From a virus: DNA of 45,717 bases. The number at the start of each line of letters is the position of its first letter. Positions within the stretch are counted from its first letter, which is position 1. This document shows, one piece after another, positions 24,959 to 33,956 of this stretch. The DNA lies in IMG/VR virus record IMGVR_UViG_3300045988_052195; one strand, 5' to 3'. A program made the position numbers and the translations under genes. The notes beneath the pieces are model-generated. The model was given only the letters and a program-made list of their open reading frames with translations. It was not told where the DNA came from and did not search any database.

Positions 24959-26407
24959 TTACTCTTCGCCAAACAATTTGTTATCTTCCTTCGGCGTGGC
25001 TTCTTCCACCATCGCCTTTGCGTCCTCTTCTGACATGCCTTCGAACTTCTGGAAGTACATCCATGCCGGAACCTTGCCCTGCATCACATATTGCCACCAT
25101 CTCGCACGGTCCTCCTCGCGGCTGTAAGTGATATCTCCGAAGTCATAGGTGATTTCATAGGTCCCCACCGGTGCAAGCCCGTAGAGGTCTGCGTAGACGC
25201 TCAGAGCATATATAGCACCGTCCAATGCGTTCTCCAGTTTGTCCCGCACATCTTTGATAAGCTGGATTGTACGGCGGTCATCAGACTCCACCTGTGTGGC
25301 TGTCACCATACCGGATTTTTCGTTAAATACAAAATAGCCGTTGCTATATCCGCATTTGTAGCCGATCTGAGACAGCAGCGCGTTGATTCCGGCAAGCCTT
25401 GCTTCCGTGTTGAGCTTCGGGTTGATCTCAGAATAGAATTCCTTTGCGTCAGATCCATAGACATTCTTGACATATCTGGGGAGTCCCATCTGCTCGCGCT
25501 TTCCTCTTATCTGCTCCGGCGTGCGGTCAGTAACCTTCTGCCCGTCTGGCATCAGCAAGCGATCATCAGCAAGCACAATCTTTTGGCTGTCCCATATCTC
25601 TCCAGCGTTCCGGCTGTATGCCACATCCAGATCTTTCAGTTCCTCAATAGCTTCTGAGTACATCGGTAGCCCTAATGGAGAATCGATATCAATGTTATTC
25701 GCCTGTGGTGTGCGGAGCATGCCGAACATCGGCCCGTCCAACTTTTCGCCGCTTGCCTTGAGGATCGGCGGAGTGTTCTCCATCATGCCAGCCCACTTTG
25801 TTTTAGCCATCGGAATCTTGTCTCCGATACTGTCCGCAGACTTTGACATGTATGTCCGGTTGCTGATGTAGTACGGGTATGTGGTCACGCCGTTATCGGT
25901 AGTCTCCACAAAGCGGTGGTACTCCAAACGCGTATAGAATCTATCTCCTTGTGTGTACGAATCCTTGAATATAATCCCCTTAATGCCCATATTGTCGTAG
26001 TCCACAAGGAGGATATCTTTCGGTGTGAAGAGATCCAAACTGTCTCCATTGGGTTTTAGGAAAACGGTGCCGTAAGCGCAGCTGAACTCCACCCACTCAC
26101 GCAGATGGAAGTACACAGCATCGATCTGTTTCTGTAGCCACTCCGCCCTTGTCGATCCCTCTATCTGGATCCCAATCGCCAGCGTTGCAAGCCGCGCTGT
26201 CTCGGAGCTAACCGCCTTTGCAAAATTGATCGTGCGTATATCGTCATCGGCACTCAGCCACGGCGGGGCACCTGCATAGATGTTCGCGCATCGCCGGAGA
26301 ATCACTTCCATCTCCGGGGACACAACGGATTTAACGTCAAAATCGTCCTCTGCTTGCTGCTTAAATATCATATCAAGCCACCTCTTAATTGATGATAAAA
26401 GTCCCAT
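24959..26407 (-). CDS. Portal protein
   Basis: 482 aa, positioned between the terminase block and the minor capsid protein. Size and position are typical of SPP1-gp6-like portals. Confidence 0.85.
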   Translation of the reverse strand: MGLLSSIKRWLDMIFKQQAEDDFDVKSVVSPEMEVILRRCANIYAGAPPWLSADDDIRTINFAKAVSSETARLATLAIGIQIEGSTRAEWLQKQIDAVYFHLREWVEFSCAYGTVFLKPNGDSLDLFTPKDILLVDYDNMGIKGIIFKDSYTQGDRFYTRLEYHRFVETTDNGVTTYPYYISNRTYMSKSADSIGDKIPMAKTKWAGMMENTPPILKASGEKLDGPMFGMLRTPQANNIDIDSPLGLPMYSEAIEELKDLDVAYSRNAGEIWDSQKIVLADDRLLMPDGQKVTDRTPEQIRGKREQMGLPRYVKNVYGSDAKEFYSEINPKLNTEARLAGINALLSQIGYKCGYSNGYFVFNEKSGMVTATQVESDDRRTIQLIKDVRDKLENALDGAIYALSVYADLYGLAPVGTYEITYDFGDITYSREEDRARWWQYVMQGKVPAWMYFQKFEGMSEEDAKAMVEEATPKEDNKLFGEE

Positions 26408-26773
26408 TTACTTATCCTCATATAGAAATTCCACACTCTTAAAAGGAGCATCTATGTGCATGTTTATTAAAAATGTATCCTCTTTACTCTTTACTACATC
26501 GAATCTGATTATTCCTTGTTTCATTTCAATCTTTAAAACATCTTTTACCGAGTAAGTTTCACCTGCAATGCAGATACCTTTTAACTTTCCTTTGCGTATT
26601 TCTTTTATAGGTTCTTTTCCTGCTATCCTCTTTCCACACATAGGGCAGTACTTGATATCATACGGGCGAGCCGTCAAACTCCCCGGCTTATCTTTTCGGC
26701 ACGTATATAGCTGAGTTCCATATATGCATTTTTCATCATTAAATTTTCTTATTTCATCGCAAAAATCACACAT
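26408..26773 (-). CDS. Zinc-ribbon protein inserted between terminase and portal
   Basis: 121 aa from ATG 26773 (TAATG overlap with the terminase stop). CDFC...CPMC pairs. The segment is AT-rich. Confidence 0.6.
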   Translation of the reverse strand: MCDFCDEIRKFNDEKCIYGTQLYTCRKDKPGSLTARPYDIKYCPMCGKRIAGKEPIKEIRKGKLKGICIAGETYSVKDVLKIEMKQGIIRFDVVKSKEDTFLINMHIDAPFKSVEFLYEDK

Positions 26774-28398
26774 TATGCACTGTTCCCCCTTCTCTCCCAT
26801 AGTGATTCTGTGGCGTATCGGGCCGCGTCTATGAGGTGATTGTCTTTGTCCGGGTATCCGCTGATAATGTTCCCATCCTTGTCACGCTCATACTCGTATT
26901 TTTTAAATTCCTTGCATGAGTTTGGTGTTCGTGCTGGATCCATAACGATCTTTTTCCCTTGCCACCATTTCATCGAGTATTCAATACTTCCAGGTCCTTT
27001 TTTCGCCGGTCTGGCTGGCAATCCAAAATCTCTGTAGTCATTTACAGATTTCGGTTCCGCACTATCGCAGGTGATCGTATAGTCTCCATACCCTCGGCGA
27101 ATGATTTCTTCCGCTGTCCAACTATTCGGGCGCTTATTCTCGAATATCTCGTCAATGAAATATATAGTTTCTCGGGCGGCATCGTAATATAAGCGTACAA
27201 ATGCATACTGGTCCGGGTACCATCCCCAGTCCACGCCCTGGTAGATGCGATCCATCTGGCTGATCTCCTCATCGGTGATGGTCCGCTCCTCAATATACTC
27301 AAAGACGTTGCCACCATTGCCATTGGCTACACCCATGTATTCATGTTCATAAGCGTTTGGATTGACTTCTTTCAGATGCTCTGCTTCGTCAATAAATGGC
27401 TGTCCCAGCCATTCTTTTGGCACATCCAAGTAAGTTGATGAATGAACTATTCTGTTCTCTTTTGGTTCAAGAACATACTTATTAGCCCAGTTATTCATTG
27501 TTTTTGGTGGATTGAAGCTCTTAAATATCCATGCAAGGTTTCCACCACGAATCGCAGACTGCTCAATCTTACGAATTTCCTCAGGCCCCGCAAATTGATC
27601 CAACTCCTCAAACCAGAGAATACCAATATATCCGAACTCAGGGTTGATAGATTTAATCTTGTCAGGGTCATCAGCGCCACGGAAGTATATCTTTTGTCCG
27701 GTTGATTTCAGTGTAATCTCCATAGGTGATAACTTAGAATCAAATTCTTCTGTAAATTCCTGTTTTCCAATGGCCCATTTGATTTTGTTGTATACAGAAT
27801 CCTTAATGGTGTTCCCGACCTTACGACAGACAACTGCATGAATATCATGGTTGTTCTTCATCAACTCTACTATAGTCATTCCAACAGTGGTTGATTTTGT
27901 GGAGCCACGTCCGCCTTTAAATACATACTCCAGATGTTCCTTATCTCGAATATCTCTAATAGCCCAGTGAAAACAATCAGGAATGTTATACAGATCCATG
28001 TGATACTCTTTTGCATTTCTGGAAGCTTCCTCTGCTGCTTTCTTTTCTTCCTGCTCTTGCTTAATTTTTAATGCTTTTTCCAGATCATTCATGGATTTCA
28101 GCTGATCGGAGAAATCCGGAGCAAATCCGAATGAATCAGTTAGCTCTCCCCTTGCGATCATGGAACGGCGTTGCTGGATTTCTGCCAGAGACATAATGTC
28201 AGTGCCTTTTTGCTTTTCGATAAGAGACTGTTTTTCGGCTATATAGGAAGAAACCTCAAGTTTTTTCAAGTTCTGTTGTCCAATTGAATATGCTGTTTTC
28301 TCGCTATACCCCGCCTTCCTCGCCGCATCAGTCGCATTCCCGCCATTCGCTATGTAATTGTCCGCAAATGCCTTCTGCTTCGGCGTAAGCTTTGCCAT
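26773..28398 (-). CDS. Terminase: small-subunit-like N-terminal domain fused to a PBSX-type large subunit
   Basis: 541 aa. Residues 1-60 (LTPKQKAFADNYIANGGNATDAARKAGYSEKTAYSIGQQNL) match the TerS HTH family. A coiled linker follows, then Walker A GGRGSTKST and the nuclease part. No separate TerS ORF lies upstream. Confidence 0.8.
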   Translation of the reverse strand: MAKLTPKQKAFADNYIANGGNATDAARKAGYSEKTAYSIGQQNLKKLEVSSYIAEKQSLIEKQKGTDIMSLAEIQQRRSMIARGELTDSFGFAPDFSDQLKSMNDLEKALKIKQEQEEKKAAEEASRNAKEYHMDLYNIPDCFHWAIRDIRDKEHLEYVFKGGRGSTKSTTVGMTIVELMKNNHDIHAVVCRKVGNTIKDSVYNKIKWAIGKQEFTEEFDSKLSPMEITLKSTGQKIYFRGADDPDKIKSINPEFGYIGILWFEELDQFAGPEEIRKIEQSAIRGGNLAWIFKSFNPPKTMNNWANKYVLEPKENRIVHSSTYLDVPKEWLGQPFIDEAEHLKEVNPNAYEHEYMGVANGNGGNVFEYIEERTITDEEISQMDRIYQGVDWGWYPDQYAFVRLYYDAARETIYFIDEIFENKRPNSWTAEEIIRRGYGDYTITCDSAEPKSVNDYRDFGLPARPAKKGPGSIEYSMKWWQGKKIVMDPARTPNSCKEFKKYEYERDKDGNIISGYPDKDNHLIDAARYATESLWERRGNSA

Positions 28399-28443
28399 GC
28401 ACTCACCATCCCATTATCTCTTAATATAGCCTATTCGTCTCGC

Positions 28444-28695
28444 TCAAGCTTGCCCTATCGCTCGTCTCATACGGCTGTTCACAATAATCTGGCGCCCGCA
28501 GCGTGGGCAATCGAATGCATCATGGATCGGTGGGCGTTCTGTGTTACTAATCCCAGCGAACAATCCAACATTCTTATCTTCCTCCGCAGAGTATCTCCAA
28601 TGTGCTATCGGGGCGAACTTCATCCCGCATACGCTACATTCAAGTATTTTATTCTGTTCCTCTGTCTCCCTGTCTCTGGTATTAATATCTCTCAT
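28444..28695 (-). CDS. Zinc-ribbon protein
   Basis: 83 aa from ATG 28695 (AAGGAGGA RBS). CSVC...CPRC. Confidence 0.6.
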   Translation of the reverse strand: MRDINTRDRETEEQNKILECSVCGMKFAPIAHWRYSAEEDKNVGLFAGISNTERPPIHDAFDCPRCGRQIIVNSRMRRAIGQA

Positions 28696-28967
28696 CACGG
28701 CTCCTCCTTATTCCATTCCCGGGATTGCTCCCATATCTCTTTTAGTGTCATCACGACATCCACCTGGGATGCAGTGCGGATAATCTCCATGTCCCGCACT
28801 CTCCATCCATTTCGTATCCTTTCGAGTGTAGGTGTGCTCACCGTCCACATCGTAATCATTCTCTTTTGATCCGCGCTGTAAAACTGGCTACTCCCGATCT
28901 TGATAATTAAACCTGTCGAGAGGATCGCGCGTTGTAATTTTTTCATGATTCCGTTCAAATTCGGCAT
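28695..28967 (-). CDS. Hypothetical protein, first gene of the late operon
   Basis: 90 aa with AGGAGGGG RBS. It follows the terminator pair. Confidence 0.6.
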   Translation of the reverse strand: MPNLNGIMKKLQRAILSTGLIIKIGSSQFYSADQKRMITMWTVSTPTLERIRNGWRVRDMEIIRTASQVDVVMTLKEIWEQSREWNKEEP

Positions 28968-28987
28968 AGCATACCCCTCCTATCATT

Positions 28988-28993
28988 ATTATA
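28988..28993 (-). promoter_or_regulatory. Candidate -10 box (TATAAT) of the late operon promoter
   Basis: Minus strand reads ...GATACATGCGGATAGAAAAAAGAGTATAATAATGATAGGAGG. The -10 is consensus and the -35 is poor, which suggests activator dependence. Confidence 0.35.
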
Positions 28994-29030
28994 CTCTTTT
29001 TTCTATCCGCATGTATCCCCACGTTGCATA

Positions 29031-29059
29031 AGCAAAAGAGGGATCATAACGGTCCCTCT
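29031..29059 (-). terminator. Weak rho-independent terminator
   Basis: Stem AGAGGGA/TCCCTCT, followed on the minus strand by TTTGCTT. Confidence 0.4.
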
Positions 29060-29143
29060 CCTATTGCATCTTTAAGATTTTGTTCTTATTTTTTTAGCTT
29101 GGCGCAGGCGGCAAAGATACCGCCATATTTTCTTAAAAGCGAG

Positions 29144-29180
29144 GAAAAACAAAAAGCCCTAAAGGATTCCCTTTGGGGCT
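29144..29180 (-). terminator. Strong rho-independent terminator ending the early/middle operon
   Basis: 11-bp stem AGCCCTAAAGG/CCTTTGGGGCT with a 4-nt loop, followed on the minus strand by TTTTTGTTTTT. Confidence 0.8.
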
Positions 29181-29216
29181 TTTCGGCTATACACTAATCT
29201 TCATCGAAATTCGCCA

Positions 29217-29408
29217 TTATTTTCCTCCTAAATACTTATAATATTCGATTGCTGGCTTTATTGTTTTTTCCACTCCTGTTAGCACATTTGCTAAGGCTAT
29301 CTCTACATCTTGGATATCAGTACCATTCATTTGGCAGGCTATGGCTAACCTCATTTTGTCTTCATCTGGAACTTCGCACAGTGCTTCGTGAATCTGTTCT
29401 TTTGTCAT
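29217..29408 (-). CDS. Small hypothetical protein
   Basis: 63 aa from ATG 29408, 6 nt after AGGAGG. Confidence 0.6.
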   Translation of the reverse strand: MTKEQIHEALCEVPDEDKMRLAIACQMNGTDIQDVEIALANVLTGVEKTIKPAIEYYKYLGGK

Positions 29409-29430
29409 AATTCGCCTCCTAAATTTCAGT

Positions 29431-29721
29431 TTACCTATCATATTTATTATCATTCAAAAGATCTACATCTGTATAATTATCAAGACACTTTTCATAACGC
29501 CCTTCCTGCTTAGTAATGCCAGAATACGTTTCATACGGATTTGGAAGATTATGCTTTTTACAACAATCATGGCAAATAACAAAGCTTCTTGTTTTTTCTC
29601 TACTTCCATATGGTTCAGTGTCCGTATGATATCTGGCAAAATTTTGAAAAGGTGTCATAGATAACAGCGTTGCGGTTCTATCGCAGTCTTTTCCACAAAA
29701 ATCACAAATTGCATGTATCAT
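29431..29721 (-). CDS. Cys-rich zinc-binding protein
   Basis: 96 aa with GGAGGG RBS. CDFCGKDC...CHDCC. Confidence 0.6.
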   Translation of the reverse strand: MIHAICDFCGKDCDRTATLLSMTPFQNFARYHTDTEPYGSREKTRSFVICHDCCKKHNLPNPYETYSGITKQEGRYEKCLDNYTDVDLLNDNKYDR

Positions 29722-29743
29722 CCTACTATCCCTCCACTAAATC

Positions 29744-29848
29744 TTAATAAAGGTCATCTGCATCATCTAAGAAATCCTCATAGACCTCGCATCCCGCGCA
29801 GATCTGCTCGTTGCATTCCGGAATATAGTTACAATATGGACACCTCAT
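29744..29848 (-). CDS. 34-aa Cys4 mini-protein
   Basis: MRCPYCNYIPECNEQICAGCEVYEDFLDDADDLY. GGAGGA RBS 5 nt upstream. Below the ORF-track size cutoff. Confidence 0.5.
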   Translation of the reverse strand: MRCPYCNYIPECNEQICAGCEVYEDFLDDADDLY

Positions 29849-29862
29849 AACATCCTCCAATC

Positions 29863-30027
29863 TTAATATCGGCGCTGTCTTATGTACTTTAATAAATCCT
29901 CTACCCCCTGCTGGTATCCGTTGTAATAATTCTGAGCCTTTTGGATATCCGCATTGCAGTTAATGCTTGCATTGTGCTGCAGGATATTAGCATTCTTTTC
30001 TATCTCTTCATATTCTTTCTTATCCAT
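29863..30027 (-). CDS. 54-aa hypothetical protein
   Basis: MDKKEYEEIEKNANILQH... with a TGGAGGAATAG-ATG RBS. Below the ORF-track cutoff. Confidence 0.5.
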   Translation of the reverse strand: MDKKEYEEIEKNANILQHNASINCNADIQKAQNYYNGYQQGVEDLLKYIRQRRY

Positions 30028-30233
30028 CTATTCCTCCAAATCTTAATTTAATATATCATCAAGGTTTTTTAGCATTTTCTGCATCTTGTTCCAATCCGCT
30101 AAAGCAAGATACTGCGACTTAAAATCGAGGCATCCCGTAATATACGCTATCTGCTGCTGTCGGCTCATGGTCTATGCACACACACGTCTCTATATGATCT
30201 ACCTTCATTTGCCATTACCTACCAACTTTCCTC

Positions 30234-30620
30234 CTATAGTCCTAATGTAGGTCTTTCAAGCGCACTCAGTCTCTGCATAAGCTCATTCCAGTTCGGAATG
30301 ATGTCCGTTGCGTCAACATGATATCGCTTGATTTTGTACAGCTGCGCAACTTCCTCTTCGACGCAGCATCCTGGGAAATATCCATATGTGCTCACACCGA
30401 TGTATACATCTGCCGTGCTCAGCATCTCCAGTGATTTTCCCAGATACCACACAGCGCTGGTCTTTGCTCCTTCTGGCGGTTCCTCCGCAATCCATGTATC
30501 AATCAGTTCCAAACTCTCACCCTCATATGCTTCCGCGATTCTCTTCATTTTTGCGAAGCTCTCGCGGATCTCTTCCTCTGTTCTTCCTCTCATCGGTACA
30601 CTTGCGAATAATTTTTTCAT
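30234..30620 (-). CDS. DUF4406 / nucleoside 2-deoxyribosyltransferase-like protein
   Basis: 128 aa with AAGGAGGAG RBS. The layout MKKLFASVPMRG...(helix)...STADVYIGV...PGCCVEEEVA matches the Rossmann-like DUF4406 pattern. Confidence 0.45.
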   Translation of the reverse strand: MKKLFASVPMRGRTEEEIRESFAKMKRIAEAYEGESLELIDTWIAEEPPEGAKTSAVWYLGKSLEMLSTADVYIGVSTYGYFPGCCVEEEVAQLYKIKRYHVDATDIIPNWNELMQRLSALERPTLGL

Positions 30621-30654
30621 ATAGATTCTCCTCCTTAAATCTTAATTTTCCACC

Positions 30655-31692
30655 TTATGCGCTCAACCTCTGGCGTACACTTCTCAGCGACTCCGTTGTG
30701 GACTGAGCGTAATACATACTGGTGACTGCCGGTGACGCGTGTCCGAGAATCTCTTGGATAATGCCGATATCAAGGCCGTGCTGTTTGAGATCCATTCCCA
30801 GTGTCTTACGCATCTTGTGCGGATACACGCGACTCTGGATCTTCGCGCGCTTGCCAATTTTTCGCATGATAGTCCGGTACGTTGCCGTCCCCATTCTTCC
30901 TCGCTTTACACCTACGGTCTGTGTAAAGAGGTACGGGCTGTTATCCTTCCTCTCATCAAGATACGCTGCAAGATAATATCTCGCCTCCGCATCCAGATAT
31001 AATGTCCTGGCACGTCCGCCCTTCTCACCAATGATCGGGATGTCCCCGGTATGCATATCCACTTGATCCAGGCGGATATCTGCGATCTCGCCTACACGCG
31101 CACCCGTGGAACGAAATACCTCGATAATGGCACGATCGCGCTTTGTTTTGCACGCATCCCGCAGCTCAATGATCTCCTCCCGGCTATAGTAGTCGATTTT
31201 CCCCATAACAACCTTTTTCGCGTCCACATTATCTACAGGGTTGTCCTGTATGATCTTTGACTTCCGCATCCATGTAAAGAATGCTGAGAGATTCCGGCGT
31301 TCGTTATTATAAGTTCGGTTCGTGATCTGTTCCGTCCTCACGCCTTTGTGCTTCTCGTACTGTGCCAGATACCAATCAATATCCAGCGTGTCGATAAGAT
31401 CCAGACGTTTCCCTGTAGCCAGTACCAAGCGGCGTACCGATCCCATATACGCCTCAATCGTGCGCTTTTTTAGGTGGCGTTTCTGGATCATAAAGAGCTG
31501 CACGAGATAGGAATTGCGCTGATCCACGCTACTTTTAACCTCTGCCGGAAGAGTCGTGATTTCTTCTACATTCACCTTCATAAGCTCATTAGCCAACACA
31601 AGCTCCAATACATCAAGGGCTTCTCTGTCCTGGATATATACGGACATCGTAACGGTTACATTATTGATAATATCGGATTTAATGTTACTCAT
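30655..31692 (-). CDS. Second tyrosine recombinase (XerC/D-like), not adjacent to att
   Basis: 345 aa from ATG 31692 (AAGGAGG RBS). Catalytic signature STGARVGEI (Arg), HKMRKT (His-x-x-Arg) and GHASPAVTSMYY (His/Tyr). Confidence 0.8.
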   Translation of the reverse strand: MSNIKSDIINNVTVTMSVYIQDREALDVLELVLANELMKVNVEEITTLPAEVKSSVDQRNSYLVQLFMIQKRHLKKRTIEAYMGSVRRLVLATGKRLDLIDTLDIDWYLAQYEKHKGVRTEQITNRTYNNERRNLSAFFTWMRKSKIIQDNPVDNVDAKKVVMGKIDYYSREEIIELRDACKTKRDRAIIEVFRSTGARVGEIADIRLDQVDMHTGDIPIIGEKGGRARTLYLDAEARYYLAAYLDERKDNSPYLFTQTVGVKRGRMGTATYRTIMRKIGKRAKIQSRVYPHKMRKTLGMDLKQHGLDIGIIQEILGHASPAVTSMYYAQSTTESLRSVRQRLSA

Positions 31693-31794
31693 AAGTACCT
31701 CCTTGATTTTGGCGCTCAAGTCGGCTATAATGGACTTAAGCGATTTATTTTCTTAGCGGCGGAATCATCTTGGCGGGTGGTCCGCCGCTTTTGT

Positions 31795-32688
31795 CTATTT
31801 TCCTGTTTCGTCAAACATAGATAATTGTCCTTCAATATTTCTATCGTTCATCCACCACTGGAAAACATCATCTCCATTCTTCCAGCTATCAGTCTGTAAC
31901 CCTTTTGATCTCCGTACCTGCAGCATCTTTTCAAAAGCTCGCTTATATGCCCGCTCGTATGTCGGAAAATCCGCAAACTCTTTCTTTCTTTCTTTCTTTC
32001 CTGCAAGAGGGCATCCGATACAGCCTACACGGGTATATCCCATCTGATAGAGTGGGTTATGGTGCTTACACTCATGCCAATAAAAATCCCATATGTCGGA
32101 ATCTTTCCAGTCTATGATCGGGTTGCATACGGTTTTTGCTTTCATCTCGCATTTTTCGATTAGCCGTCTGCTCGTATCGTTATCGTTCGCAAGCATGACT
32201 TCCGTACTTGCGGCAATCCTTCCTGATTTCGTTGACGCAATATACTCAAATGCTTCTCTACCGCGTCTTTTCACGCTTTCTGCCCATCGTACTCCGGTTG
32301 CAATCATGCGATTTGCGCCGTCTCCTTCTTTTAGTTCCTTACAACAGTACCTCGCTGTTCTGGTAGGCGGCATAAGTTTATTCGGTATGAGATTCCACAT
32401 CGTCAATAAGTGTCCATCTGGCCGTCTATGATAGTTGATATCGCAGTGGATCCCCATAAGCTCCAGGTCTCGAAACACATCTCTAATATGATATACAGTC
32501 GGCGGTGCATCTACCGTGGTGTGCGAGTTGTGAACCTCGAATGGAACGCCGGAACGCTTGAAAAGTTCCAGCATCACATCGCTATCTTTTCCTCCGGAAT
32601 AGGTGCAGATTAACGGCTTACCATAGTGGTGTAGGCTCATTTCCGATGCCATCTTGATTCTCTCAATGCTCTTCTGTTCGAGATCCAT
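31795..32688 (-). CDS. PAPS-reductase / DndC-like ATP-pyrophosphatase family protein
   Basis: 297 aa. PP-loop motif YSGGKDSDV and a C-terminal Cys cluster CIGCPLAG. Confidence 0.75.
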   Translation of the reverse strand: MDLEQKSIERIKMASEMSLHHYGKPLICTYSGGKDSDVMLELFKRSGVPFEVHNSHTTVDAPPTVYHIRDVFRDLELMGIHCDINYHRRPDGHLLTMWNLIPNKLMPPTRTARYCCKELKEGDGANRMIATGVRWAESVKRRGREAFEYIASTKSGRIAASTEVMLANDNDTSRRLIEKCEMKAKTVCNPIIDWKDSDIWDFYWHECKHHNPLYQMGYTRVGCIGCPLAGKKERKKEFADFPTYERAYKRAFEKMLQVRRSKGLQTDSWKNGDDVFQWWMNDRNIEGQLSMFDETGK

Positions 32689-32794
32689 TGCTCATCACCT
32701 CCGTCTTCCAATCCTCGCATCTCAGCTCTTCTCCTGCCTTGCTCCAGTCGCAGGCGTACTCATATAAGCAGTTGTCACAGCGTTCTCTTTCCAT
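32663..32794 (-). CDS. 43-aa Cys-rich mini-protein (putative)
   Basis: MERERCDNCLYEYACDWSKAGEELRCEDWK... GGAGA RBS 7 nt upstream. It fills an otherwise empty 86-nt gap and overlaps both neighbours. Confidence 0.35.
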   Translation of the reverse strand: MERERCDNCLYEYACDWSKAGEELRCEDWKTEVMSNGSRTEEH

Positions 32795-33293
32795 GCTCTT
32801 TTCTCCATTTCAGTATTGTCTCGTCCGCCCAATCAATGTGCTGTCCGCAGCAAGGACAGTAGCTCCATTTCATAAGTGGCTCACCGTAAAACGAATCGCA
32901 AGTCGGGCATCTCCATTCTTTTACTGGGTGTACTAAATCAGCCGGGTCGATTTCATAAAGTGGTCGGATTGCTTTACTCTTCCTAATTGCAACGGATCTT
33001 TCGGCGATTCTTGTATCATCCTTTTCTTCCCATCTCTCCCAGAATCTTTTTCGCTTCTCCTTTGCCAACTGTGCATCGATACCAAGATTAAGTTCAATCG
33101 CGCTCTGCATGGTGTCTGTAAACTCTTCTACCAGATTTCTCCTTGCTTCCTCTTCCGTCACCGGTGTAGGATTCTCTCCGCGCAGAATCCGCGCCATCTT
33201 CTGGGCGGCATGGGCCAACTCTCCGGCCTCTTCTGCAAGTTGCTCATACATTGCAGGCTCTCCGATTGCGTCTACCATGCTAATCTCTGTCAT
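32775..33293 (-). CDS. MazG-like nucleotide pyrophosphohydrolase fused to a C-terminal zinc ribbon
   Basis: 172 aa. EEAGELAHAAQK...EEFTD matches MazG metal-binding helices. The C-terminus has CPTC...CPCC. Confidence 0.6.
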   Translation of the reverse strand: MTEISMVDAIGEPAMYEQLAEEAGELAHAAQKMARILRGENPTPVTEEEARRNLVEEFTDTMQSAIELNLGIDAQLAKEKRKRFWERWEEKDDTRIAERSVAIRKSKAIRPLYEIDPADLVHPVKEWRCPTCDSFYGEPLMKWSYCPCCGQHIDWADETILKWRKEHGKRTL

Positions 33294-33606
33294 ACTGCTC
33301 CGCCTCCTTCACGCTCAGCCCCACGATCCCGGCGCTCTCTCCGCTATCAGTTGCCCGAAAGTGCGCTCCGGCAATCGCCGGGTACATGTATTCAAACATG
33401 CAGTAGTTCGCTGCGTCGCACAGGTACTCGGTGTTGCCGGTCTCCTTATACTTCTGGATGCACTTCTGCATAGTGCCGAGGGCATCCACATAGTGCTGTC
33501 CGAAGTTCTCCGCCGCCGGTCCGTACTTGTAATAGCTCATTTCCACGCGGGCTTTGCGAAGCTCATCGAACTTATCGCTGTATTCTTTCTTGATATCGCA
33601 GATCAT
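33280..33606 (-). CDS. Hypothetical protein
   Basis: 108 aa with AGGAGGG RBS. No secure motif. Confidence 0.6.
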   Translation of the reverse strand: MICDIKKEYSDKFDELRKARVEMSYYKYGPAAENFGQHYVDALGTMQKCIQKYKETGNTEYLCDAANYCMFEYMYPAIAGAHFRATDSGESAGIVGLSVKEAEQYDRD

Positions 33607-33698
33607 CTCTGTCTCACCCTCCTATCAACCACAGGCCAAATAATAGCATGGCCAGAAATATCCCAGTGGCTCCCACTATAAGCAGTTTCTCTTTTATA

Positions 33699-33956
33699 TC
33701 ATCTTCCGCAATGCAAAGGATGAAGGAAATCACTGTTATACATACGGTCCAGTAGCCAAACATTACTCTCATCTAACCTTTCTATGGCTGTCACAATCAG
33801 CCAGAACCCAAATTCAGCTGTCGCAGATGTTAACCCCAACGTTACCAGAAACGTAATCGCGCCTTTTACGTCCTCATCGTCACAAGCAATCTCGACTGAC
33901 ATATTTGCGCCTATCTCCATCACGATGAGCCAAAGCCCAATTAAAAATCTAATCAT
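33699..33956 (-). CDS. Small membrane protein
   Basis: 85 aa with 2-3 hydrophobic segments. ATGA coupling to the upstream ORF. Confidence 0.55.
   Translation of the reverse strand: MIRFLIGLWLIVMEIGANMSVEIACDDEDVKGAITFLVTLGLTSATAEFGFWLIVTAIERLDESNVWLLDRMYNSDFLHPLHCGR

Noticed and set aside
30043-30168. 41-aa minus-strand ORF (MSRQQQIAYITGCLDF...)
   Set aside because: The frame is open and fills a gap, but no Shine-Dalgarno sequence precedes the ATG. It is left unannotated pending conservation or expression data.
31755-31789. 9-bp stem hairpin (AGCGGCGGA/TCCGCCGCT) after the PAPS-reductase-like gene, considered as its terminator
   Set aside because: On the coding (minus) strand it is followed by an A-rich rather than a U-rich tract, and the T-run lies on the non-coding side. 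Its function is unclear, so it is not called.
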